A DNA stretch of 63,751 nucleotides, the filler included, from Phoronis australis (taxonomy: Eukaryota > Animalia > Phoronida), in assembly GCA_002633005.1 (NCBI GenBank). It is 5 parts of 5 records of this genome, joined end to end, with 100 filler letters (N's around TTAATTAATTAA, not from the genome) between each part and the next. Parts side by side here need not be neighbours in the genome. Positions count along the whole stretch, not along the records: positions 21,899 to 49,470 come from NMRA01000093.1; 4 more parts are not named here. One strand, 5' to 3'. Shown in pieces: positions 23,852 to 34,505 of the stretch (within the stretch, counting starts at the first letter, position 1; the number at the start of each line of letters is the position of its first letter). The notes beneath the pieces are model-generated. The model made no database searches. It was given only the letters and a program-made list of their open reading frames with translations, and was not told the DNA's origin. The translations under genes and the position numbers were made by a program.

Positions 23852-25100
23852 ATGCTGAGAGGAAATAGCTACGACTTCAAGTGAACATTACTGTTCATCG
23901 TAAGACATAGGGTTATTCCTTGAAGAGACCGTTTTATTCTTTAAATGCATCAATTAGCATTTCTGTCAGATGTAGGCAGGGTGTGCGGCTGTGGGGCTCT
24001 TTCCCCAGGCAGTAAAAATATTTTCCCAGAACATTTGACCCGGTCGTAACATAATGTACAGGAATCAGTTATTCTTTAAAGTGAAAACTAAAGAATCATT
24101 AAAAATACTGCCATTGTACCAAGTATACAATTTATTTACAAAAGTCACATCATAAATGTACATACTAAGGTAGAAAGCCAGGTAGCTGTGTCATGACCTC
24201 CGTTAGACAACGAAACTTCATACAACCCGGGCAGCTCAGTTCGTCACCTCATCGTGAAACTTATATCAACATGTTGAGCTAGATCTAAATTGATACAAAC
24301 TAGGTCGTATTTCTGGTGGCATTCTCCTTTAAGTGTGTGTGTGTGTCTGTGCGCGCGCTTATGAATGCATGATGTTTTGTCTAAGCATACATTTTCCTTG
24401 ATGTAATCAAATCTTACTCAGTAAACTGATTTCTAGGGACAAAAATTGATTTATTGCACATTGCCGTGGAGAGGGGGACACCCTGAATGGGTTACCAAAT
24501 TTGGCCTCACGTATTGAAAACTTCTAGCTACGCCAGTGATGCTTTCTTCAACGAATTCTGCGACCATGATTACAGTGTCTAATCAACCGGTCGATTTTCA
24601 TTACTTTAAAAACGCCGTGCTTCGTAGCCGCAGCACTTATGGCATGCGCCTATCCCGGGAACGAGATTCGGGTTTTGGCCAATTTTATTTGAAGGAATAC
24701 ACTCAAGGTCAGTTTGTTGTAATTCTTCTTCAAATCTGTTCATGGTGTTCTTTTNGAATACAGTCAAGGTCAGTTTGTTGTAATTCTTCTTCAAATCTGT
24801 TCATGGTGTTCTTTTCAGGTCTTTCTCTGCGCTCTGTTTATCACTGGCTTAAGGACCCTTCGCACAGAAGAAATAGACCATGGTTTGAATGATGCAGATG
24901 TTGAGGATTTTATGCGATCTGTTGACGACACTGATACTGGAGAGGGTGAAGAGGAACGTAGCACGGACATACACGCAGACACTGATATACTTGAGCGTTG
25001 CCACTCGAGGAGGGTTATTTTCAATTACGTGACGCGTGAAGGGAAACGCTACAAGCTTGACAGGCCCGTGATGGGATTCAAATGCAAACTTCCGGGGTAG
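23852..25100 (+). CDS. Candidate spliced secreted precursor, join(23852..23899,24819..25100); in-frame TGA at 23882-23884 (possible null allele or pseudogene)
   Basis: Exon 1 MLRGNSYDFK*TLLFI|gtaaga joins in phase 0 to ttttcag|VFLCALFITGLRTLRTEEIDHGLNDADVEDFMRSVDDTDTGEGEEERSTDIHADTDILERCHSRRVIFNYVTREGKRYKLDRPVMGFKCKLPG. The hydrophobic core spans the junction, followed by an acidic and then a basic segment. The exon may be spliced onward at GTAGGT (25097). Confidence 0.5.
24260..24328. mobile_element. Terminal fragment of the Kolobok-like family, inverted relative to the 32827 copy
   Basis: gatctaaattgatacaaactaggtcgtatttctggtggcattctcct|TTAA is the reverse complement of the family's left end. 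Confidence 0.7.
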
Positions 25101-25259
25101 GTCTATGTTTATGACATTCACAAGTAAATTCCCAGATAAAAACATGCGTGCAGTTTTTTTTTTATTTTGAAGTTGATTAGGCCTGCATTTAGTAAAATTA
25201 CTCGACTTTTAAAATAATTGTATGAATATGATATCGTGGTTGATTGGCAGAAAATTGTT

Positions 25260-25380
25260 ACACATACAAAACTATTACACACACAAAACTATTACACACA
25301 CAGAACTATTACACACAAAAAACTATTACACACAAAAACTATTACACACACAAAACTCTTACTCAGACAAAACTATTATC
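25260..25380. repeat. ~15-19-bp minisatellite (aaaactattacacacac)
   Basis: Directly visible, about 7 copies. Confidence 0.8.
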
Positions 25381-25456
25381 TCAAAAATAACAAGTGAACT
25401 TAAAACCAAAGAAATGTAATAACCATGTCAGATACAAGCCTGTTGCCTTATGTTTC

Positions 25457-27126
25457 TAATTCTGGCTTTTTGTGTTGAGAAAGCACTAACCTTTTCCAGC
25501 GTCCTTGCAATTTATGCTTGAGTTGAGATGTCATTAACCAATTGTATAAACATGTTACAATGGATTATTTGAGAAACTGTCAAAATAAATATTGATTAAG
25601 TAATTAGTAGAAATAGTTCCATTCACGCTGCCCAAAATTTGTGCATATGTACTTTTAAAACCAAGGGGTGAAACTTGTTTACATGCATTTTTGACGTCAA
25701 GATCTATTTTTAGATTATGTTTACCTCTTTGGTACTGTGGTCAATGCGCTATAAAGATTCTGGGAATTTCTGAGATCAGATCGTAACAGCCAAGGACATG
25801 ATTAGATAAGATCGTGTGATTTTTATTAACCAATCGTTGAGTAAGTGCATTGTTAAAATTTGGGCAAAGTGGTAAATAGTCAGATGGAATTTGGTAGTTG
25901 AAGCTATAGGACTTCTATACAGAAATTGGAGATGATCACCAACTCATTGATACAATGACGAACAGTCGGTTTGTCACACTGATGGCTCTAAACTTGACAA
26001 CGGACAGTCAGGATCAGGAATTTACTTTCCAGACCTTGCAGGTGACGACAAAGAAAGCTGGATCTCACTGGGTAACACCGTTACACTCTTTCAGACTGAA
26101 ATTATCGCCATTCACCAGGCTGTCCAACTGGCAAGGGAGCATGAAGCAGTCCTTGGAAACAAGGAACTCTTCATACTCTCAGACAGCCAAGCAGCTATGA
26201 AAGCTCNAGTCCGTGTCCCGTGTATTTGGGTGCGTGGATCGTGTTTGGTGAGTCCGTTCCCGTGTTTGTGAGTCAGTGGACGGTGTTTGCAGGTCCGTGA
26301 GTCGTGTTCATGCGTCCGTGCCCGTGTTTATGAGTCCGTTGACCGTGTAGTTTAGGTACCTTGTAATTCTGGCTTTTTGTGTTGAGAAAGCACTAACCTT
26401 TTCCAGCGTCCTTGCAATTCATGCTTGAGTTGAGATGTTATTAGCCAATTGTATAAACATGTTACAATGGATTATTTGAGAAACAACAGGGTCATGAGAC
26501 TGTCAGAATAAATATTGATTAAGTAATTAGTAGAAATAGTTCCATTCACGCTGCCCAAAATTTGTGCATATGTACTTTTAAAACCAAGGGGTGAAACTTG
26601 TTTACATGTATTTTTGACGTCAAGATCTATTTTTAGATTATGTTTACCTCTTTAGTACTGTGGTCAATGCGCTCGGATTCTGGAAATTTCTGAGATCAGA
26701 TCGTAACAGCCAAGGACATGATTAGATAAGATCGTGTGATTTTTATTAACCAATCGTTGAATAAGTGCATTGTTAAAATTTGGGCAAAGTGGTAAATAGT
26801 CAGATGGAATTTGGTAGTTGAAGCTATAGGACTTCTATACAGAAATTGGAGATGATCACGAACTCATTGATACAATGACCAACAGTCCGTTTGTTACACT
26901 GATGGCTCTGAACTTGACAACGGACAGTCAGGATCAGGAATTTACTTTCCAGACCTTGCAGGTGACGACAAAGAAAGCTGGATCTCACTGGGTAACACCG
27001 TTACACTCTTTCAGACTGAAATTATCGCCATTCACCAGGCTGTCCAACTGGCAAGGGAGCATGAAGCAGTCCTTGGAAACAAGGAACTCTTCATACTCTC
27101 AGACAGCCAAGCAGCTATGAAAGCTC
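25457..27126. other. Probable allelic duplication: 25457..26206 vs 26364..27126, joined at N 26207
   Basis: Near-identical blocks with small indels; identical 81-aa shadow ORFs apart from one residue. Confidence 0.85.
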
Positions 27127-27874
27127 CAACTAAGACGAAGATCAACTCCTATTGTGTCCTGGCCTGTGTACACGAGCTTAACCACCTACTGTATCAGCTA
27201 GTAGAACTGTTCATGTGAATTGGGTTAAAGCCCATGTTGGCATTACGGTAACGAAGCTGCTGACAAACTTGCAAAAGAAAAAGTGCACCCTGTTTTGTAC
27301 CAGAACCTTGCATACCAGTTGCCTATACGTGCTGCACAGCAAAGGTAACACACTGGGTGCACAAACTGTCCGTGGATACATGGAGAAAGCTCTCTGTCTG
27401 CAGACAAACCAAACAACTTTTTCCTAGTACTATTGAACTAAAAAGTTCAAAGAAGCTGTTATCTTTAGATAAGATTGCTATAAGGCAGCTGATCCAGGTT
27501 ATTACTGGACACTGCAATCTAGCTCGGCACCGTAACATCACAGGCCTCATGGCATGTTCATTGGGTCCCAACAGTGGCTTGGAGGCCGAGACTCCTCAAC
27601 ATCTGGTAGAGATTTGCCCTGCCCACGATAGACACCGTAAATCTACTACTTGATGGATACATAACCTGCCTGGTTAACATTGTTAGTTCATACACGTTAA
27701 ATAATCTTTCTGTTTCTCTGAAACAAACAGGCAGATTAGAAGATTTTACCCATGAGGAATCCGATGATGTCACATCCCCATGAGTCATAACCAGGTGATT
27801 AGTGTAATGGCCCGGCCTTGTGGCCTAAGCACGCATGATGTACTGCAAAAGGCATCAGGCCACCTGCACTTTTT
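26843..27874 (+). mobile_element. 5'-truncated RNase H-bearing non-LTR retrotransposon, decayed; partial duplicate at 25923..26206
   Basis: VCYTDGSELDNGQSGSGIYFP...TLFQTEIIAI...LFILSDSQAAMKA...WVKAHVGI.GNEAADKLAK (RNase HI catalytic motifs, with frameshifts) and C-terminal ITGHCNLARH...ETPQHLVEICP. Flanked by imperfect direct repeats tataggacttctatacag (26825-26842) and tataggacttcctacag (27875-27891). Confidence 0.88.
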
Positions 27875-28239
27875 TATAGGACTTCCTACAGCGCACTGAA
27901 GAAATAGTACAACAGAGACATTTCGTGAGATTCTAAAGAGGATCTTGGCAAGGGCAAGGGTTAGGGTTCACTCGACAGTTATTACAGGATTTTGGCTGCT
28001 GACGTACACGGAAGTAGAGATGAATTCTTTCCTCACGACCTCATCAAGAGTCTGAAAAAACATAGGGTTTTGTAGCATTCCCAATAGGCAAGCACTACTC
28101 GTGATACCTGAAACTTAATTACGCTACGGATTTTTAATCAGTTAATTCACATCGAAAAAGTCGTGGCACTCAAAAACATTACCAAAAACACCAAAATTTA
28201 ACACTTTTCTCCCCAAACTGACCACTACCCTGCAAGTGC

Positions 28240-28620
28240 TAGAAAAAATCTGACTACAGATTCAGAATGCTCGTACTCTAAATTTTAAAAATGTAGTCAT
28301 AGTATGCCCCTTATCAGCTAATTATGTGGCAATTTTGATCTGTTTGACAGCCACCTGAAATGGCACCAGGTTTCTCAGACAGAAAGCGACACGGGTTGAA
28401 AGCAAACTACAGCCACCATTTTTCATCAAAAGTAGGCCATGACTAAAAAAAACTCGGCTTTTCTCGCTCAAAAGCAAGAAAATCACTTTCATTGAAATTA
28501 TTTTCATCGCATTCCACACTTGAAAAGAGCCGCCAAACCTGACACACGCCCTTTACATAAATTCTAGGCACTAGCACAAGTAAACGTCCCCTGGCTGCAG
28601 CCTAACTGTTCAGTGCTACC
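28240..28620 (-). mobile_element. Non-autonomous TTAA-flanked DNA transposon arm
   Basis: Ends ...cagtgctacc|TTAA; reverse-homologous to 12409..12800. Confidence 0.6.
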
Positions 28621-29143
28621 TTAACGAACAGAAAGTTAATCAAGAGCTTGTTACTTGTATCATTGGTTGTAAGAAACTACCTGCAAGCGTTGCGCCAGCA
28701 AGAAGAATCGTGGGTAGAAGAAAATGCCTACAAGTGCTGTGTCACGAAGAACCGTGGCCAGCAAGTATAGTGCTGCAATACAGTGCGTGCTAGTTCTAGG
28801 ATCTACCAAAACGACTGTCACCCAAAAAGTGTCTAATCCTTCGACTTGGATAGCAGATAAGTCATTTGGTTATTTTGGGTTAATTAAGTGAAATTATGCT
28901 TACAGAGGGCACTAGCGTGGTTGTTCTAATTCATTGTTAGTGTACTTAATTAACATCAGGTTTCACTTGTTTTAATTAGCGGTTAATTGTATAATAAATT
29001 CAAGACGATTGTTCGCGTGGTCTCAAAATTTTCAGACCCTTATCATAAACAATATCTAACTACAATAAGCACCAGGGCAATTGCTGACAGACACAGCAGA
29101 TCCATACTTTAAAATTAGCGCGTAAGTAAATAACGACATATCT

Positions 29144-29186
29144 ATCCAACGTTTCGGTTTATTACTCTAAACCATTGTCAAGGAAA
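29144..29186 (-). ncRNA. Minimal type I hammerhead ribozyme-like motif (U3-A8 variant), inverted copy
   Basis: Reverse complement of 29658..29700. Confidence 0.65.
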
Positions 29187-29657
29187 CAGTTCACAGGCTC
29201 AAAACAGGCTCAAACCTGTAAGCAGATTTTTGTTATTGTCGAGACTGAAAACACCGTTGAGTAATTCTCAAAGAAGTCATGTTGTGTACCAACTCAACTG
29301 TAGTGACTGTGAACAGTTTTACATTGGAATGACGAACAGGATTCTTAGCATCAGATACAAAAATAACACTGTAAAGACACACACAGTGCTAATCTCAATA
29401 ATTCTCTGACAACTGGTCACACTATAGATTGCTCTGGTGTTCAGATCCTAGACAAGGATAATGCCACCCTGAGGCTCCTCATAAAGGAGGCTATGCATAT
29501 ACGGTTGAATCATGCTGAGCGTTACCTCAATAGAAACATTGGTTCATTTGAGCTCCAACCGTTTTGATTTCTGGTCTCTCACCCTCACAATGCATTTTGA
29601 CGTGTATCTTTCCAGTCTCTTCTTTACCAGTGTCACCTGTTTTGAGCCTGTGAACTG

Positions 29658-29700
29658 TTTCCTTGACAATGGTTTAGAGTAATAAACCGAAACGTTGGAT
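29658..29700 (+). ncRNA. Minimal type I hammerhead ribozyme-like motif (U3-A8 variant) in the Penelope pseudo-LTR
   Basis: ucc-UUGACAA-u-gguuua(gaguaa)uaaacc-GAAA-CGUU-gga: stem I ucc/gga, core with compensatory C3U/G8A, 6-bp stem II, palindromic ACGU in place of stem III. Confidence 0.65.
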
Positions 29701-32700
29701 AGATATGTCGATATTTACTTACGGGCTAATTTTAAAGTTCGTGATTCTGTTCTGGCCTAAATCAAATGTGATCAGATCCATACTCCAAAACCAAATATGA
29801 ATGGATGGAATTACTTTTGACCAGCTGCGTCAGTTTAATAAACAATTTGGGGGATATAAACCAAAAGGACAGTTTATATCCAAGCTTTCTGTGGTAAATG
29901 CGAAGACTGCGGATTATATAGATGAACCAGTGAGACAACTGAAAACACGAAATACCAATTTTAACATATACTCAGAATCGCATTATTATATATACAAATG
30001 TTAAACAAAGCATTGCACAACGTTTAAATTAGGAATCAGGGAAGTCCAAGAAATGACAGTAAAATCAAATACCGCTTGTAGTTCTAACAACTAAGCGTGT
30101 ATAAAATAAACAATCTACGTTCCTTCATACAGCACTTGTTTATACAAGAAATAGGGGCGAGCAACTAATGAGACACAATTTGAACCAAAGTTTCAGGAAC
30201 TGAATACATTGTAAAACTTAAACATTCAGAGGTAATTGCAAACAATGATAAAAATAACATGGGTGCAGAAGAACGGTAGTTTCGGTAGTTGTATTTAACT
30301 TATTAAATAGAAGTATAGTGGTGTAGAACAGAACATGACAAATTGATGTAGAATAGGAACGATTTACACACACTGTTGGATGCACATATGTCTTAGCATA
30401 GTCAATGGATGTTCAGTAGACACAATTTTCAACTGAAAATGTCATTAGTCTTTGGCCAAGTGAATATTGGAGTTATTTTTGAATTTTCACTTGCTTTCTT
30501 AAATAAGCACATTCATTCACTGGGTGTTGCTGCAGTTACAAGAATTTTTCCAACCACACACAGTTAACAACGCTATTTTTTCTTTTTAAGGTATAGGCCT
30601 AAATGCTTAAACATTATATAACAAATAGTCTAGCTCATATGTAAACGAAATTCTGTTCTCCTTCGTGAAGTGAATGTACTAATTATCTGTCAACTTCTGC
30701 TCAAATTTGTTTAAAGTCTGACTTAGGCTAGAAACCAAGTGCAATATTATTTTTATCCATACTCACTGTAAACCAATACAGTAAATGTCGGGTAAACTGA
30801 TGAATTGAGTAAATGTCCTTACTGTTTTCTGTAGAAAAATAAAGCAACTTAAGCATAACAACAGATGGCTATATGAGCTACACAGTGACTGCAATCAGAA
30901 TGTATGATTGGAAATCAAAGATCAGAGTGATGAGTAACAGGAGTGTCCACTGTAATTTATAATGTTACTAGAATGAGTACATACACATCGTACACACATG
31001 TCAGACTAACTGTACAGCTAGATAATTGTACAAGAAATATACTTGTGCGTCCGTTCAGTTAATTTTTTTAGTGAAATGAACTTTTTCCCATAGCCAAATT
31101 GTTTTCATTTGTAGAAAGCTTTTTAGAAACGTTTTCAGAGAAATGTAGCTTTTCAGATTTTAGGCGTGTTCCCTGCAACAGAATCTAAAATAAAAGAGTA
31201 GAAAACAACCAGATGACCACCTGGGATTGCCACTTTTAATGTCAGGGGATACTTTGATTTACTGTTATCAGAATCGAACAAAAGTACGATTTTATAGCTG
31301 ATCAAGACTTAGGGAGAGAGTATATAATTCTTTGGGAGTTTGCCATCATTTCCTGTCATCATAGCGTGGGCCTCATTTTGCGTTACTTTTTTTGCCATCA
31401 TCTGATCCTCTTCTCTATGTGTGATAAGATCTCCTTGAGAAAGAATTAAGTTTCACGTACCGGTAGGCAAACTGTTGTTTACAGCTATATTTACTTTTTG
31501 TTGTCTTCAATCCATTAACTACAGAAAATAAATCAAATACTCTGGGTCATTTAGAACAGGAACTAACATAATACAAATGAATTACCAATTATTGATTGCA
31601 CACTCAGTTAATGTTAAGTAAACTTAACTGAAGAGCATTTATTCAAAGGTACCCTGAGTACTTGCATAGCTATAATTTTCTTTTCTCTTAATGAGTTTTA
31701 ATGTGTTGGAGGGGTATTTTGGTGCTGTCTTGCGACTGAAGTTCCCTATCAATTTCTCCTGGTTTCATCTCCACTGTCACATTTGAATCAGTCTCAGTCC
31801 CTAGCTGAAGTGGTTGCAAGTCACAGCCTACACTATCACAACAAATAGACTAAAAAGAGACATGCAGGGTACAGACTACTGTACATGGAACTGAAGCAAT
31901 ACACAATTACGACCAAAGTGACTCAACTGTGTTTTTGACCTGTTCACTTCAATGCTGTTAACCAAGCATATATGGAACGTTTGACAGAACATGTATAGCC
32001 AAAACATAGTCTAGGATCGAACACAATGATGATGGTTGCAAGAAAACGCCCTAAATTGTCAAATAGATTTAGAGGTTGCACTCTACAATAACAAAAGACT
32101 AGTTTATAAAATTGTGACATAAGCGTATTTCTTAGCTGTATGGTCACCTTGGTTAGCTTCAGTATCATTTTGGGATGCATATAAAGTGTACAGTAAACTT
32201 GTTCAGAGCGTTTCTTTTAATTACGAAAATGGAGAATTAGTTTACTTTGGTTCAATTCAATGTAGTGACCATTTTTAGTTTACACATTCAAATGAAAAAC
32301 TGTGAATACTGGGTAAACAAGATTGCTTATTTGGGTTAATAATGTCTAAGATTCTCTTGACAACTGTTGCCCACTTTATTAAAGTCTGCCATTATTTTGT
32401 GTCTTGTTCTACTCACAGGTGTTCATTTAAATGGATGACAGTAGTGACGTCTGCTTAACCAACTTACACCGGGACATATAATTACGCAACTGAAATAGTT
32501 CTCAATATATAATACAGCTGTAAAACTATTATATCCACTATTACGAAAATATCATGACGTTCTCGAAAGTGCATGAATGAAACTGAAAAGCTTGTAATAA
32601 AACACCAAAGCTTGTAATGAAAATTACTGCAAGTTTTGTATTTATACACCACCTTCACATCAACTTATTCTTATTTTGTAAAATCATAAATATTGAATGT

Positions 32701-32826
32701 AGAGAAAAATCGATGTCATCTCATACACTATTTTTGTGTTGCCTTTGTATGTTTTAATGAAAAGTCTTTTAAGTATTATATAGAAATTCATTTATTGCCT
32801 ATACAGAATACTAGGCTAGGTGTTAA

Positions 32827-34505
32827 AGGAGAGTGCCACCCAAAAATAACCTATTTTGTATTAATTTAGATCGAGTAGCTCTACTCGATAACGGCACGTT
32901 CGGTTGCGTTACCTGACACCTGACGGCAGACGGAGGTGTTCAAATTATCCAATGACGTCATTGATTTCACACGCACTCTGTTCAGCAGTTCACAACACGG
33001 GTTACTAGTGTCAGCTTATCGCTTGAATTCATCGTTTAACACCGACAAATCATCACACTTCGATGTAAAACCCTTAAAAATACACCGAGTTCTTATAAAA
33101 ACTGTTGTTTTATTTCGCTGTTACCGATTTATTGGTATTTGGACACATCGTAGCCTACAAAGTTCGGCAGGCCAATTTACCAAGGTGGCGTAGCAGGAGT
33201 TTGGGATCTGTTCGGAGATGTTCGAAATATTCTTCTGTGAAATACAGACAGGAGAACTTAGATCAGGGTGTTGTTTAGACTTGGGATTTTTGAGTTCTGA
33301 ACACACAAAACGCTTGTAATCCCGGCCAGTGGCTCGGAACCCGATCAGGGCCCGTCGCGGCCGGACTGACTCGCTATCCCGGCCAGTGACTCCGAACCCG
33401 ATCAGGCCCGTCGCGGCCGCCGGGACTGGCACGAACATAAACCAGCCTGAGTTGGAAACTAAACATCTAGTCACGAAAAGACTATAATAGTGAGCCAAAG
33501 AAATAATGTGCACGTAACTGAAAATCTACTTACTGTCGGGGGCCGCGAAGTCGGGTTTCCCTTCCACAGCCACAGACCGTCAGGACAAAGGTTATACAGT
33601 AACAATAATTTAAATAATGTATTTGTATTTCTAAATAAAGATTCCCCTAAACATGGCATATAAAATCGTGCAATTGTTTCACAACAGCTTTCTGTCAGCA
33701 AACACTTTGAATTAGCATCGCGCTCACACGGCCTCGGTGCCCGGTCAATTACCTAGAATCAAAAGCCGGTAAAGCAGTGGTTTATTCATTGCTGGCTTCT
33801 CAACATTTGCACTCACGAATACTGCAAAGGCATTACAAATTGTATCTAATGAGACAGACTTTGTTTCACTTTTATATAAGCATTGGTTAGGGTGAGAATA
33901 ATTCATTTTGAAACAGAACGCAGAATAATAAACGTCTCCATGGCAACTCGCCCGGCGCCAATTCCAACTTTGTCAAGAACTCATCTGACAAAGACTTCAA
34001 GGGTCGGATCGTTACGTTTCACAGGCAATCAGTTCGAACTGGAATACACTGATCGAGTAACACTAGAAAGGCGCAGTGAATATGTACAAACAACGGAAAG
34101 TAAGGATATTTCTTTGGTAAGCCGAAATTTTTCAGAGAAATCACTGTCGACGAAATATTGGCCACAGACACGGAGATGTTTCACGGCTTGCTATTAAAAG
34201 CGTACCATTCATTCTTCACTACCGTGAGCCACCTCCTAAGCACTTCGACCTCTCGAGGAAGTCGAAAAACCGATATACCTGCTTTCTTCTAGGCTTCATA
34301 GTTCAGACAAGCGGGAACGATGCACCGCAATATAGCGGCATTCACTCTGCAGACGAACCACTGACGTCGCTGAGTCGTTTCTCACCTTCCTCACAGGTTA
34401 ACGCGACACCTTTCGGCAAGTTGAGGTCGACCGTATAAGAGGCGATGTGAATATAGACCGATTAAGACGGTAAAAAAGACTAATTAAATCGGGTGGCATT
34501 CTCCT
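32827..34505 (-). mobile_element. Full-length non-autonomous Kolobok-like DNA transposon with a THAP remnant
   Basis: TTAA|AGGAGAGTGCCACCC ... GGGTGGCATTCTCCT|TTAA; a minus-strand THAP-like remnant at ~34130-34340. TTAA target duplication, RR..YY termini and THAP are Kolobok hallmarks. Confidence 0.82.

Larger units (their letters stand above)
29109..29772 (+). mobile_element. 5'-truncated Penelope-like element with inverted pseudo-LTRs and a GIY-YIG endonuclease remnant
   Basis: 29281..29567 reads VVYQLNCSDCEQFYIGMTNRILSIRY...TGHTIDCSGVQILDKDNATLRLLIKEAMHIRLNHAERYLNRNIGSFELQPF*. ~100-bp inverted repeats at 29106-29208 and 29636-29738; 12-bp direct repeat cagatccatact at 29097-29108 and 29773-29784. 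Confidence 0.9.

Noticed and set aside
25955-27120. Duplicated 81-aa ORFs as tandem genes
   Set aside because: Off-frame readings of the LINE RNase H within an allelic duplication.
29790-32460. Short exon-like open stretches on both strands
   Set aside because: No consistent phase chain or recognisable domain; not supportable without transcripts.
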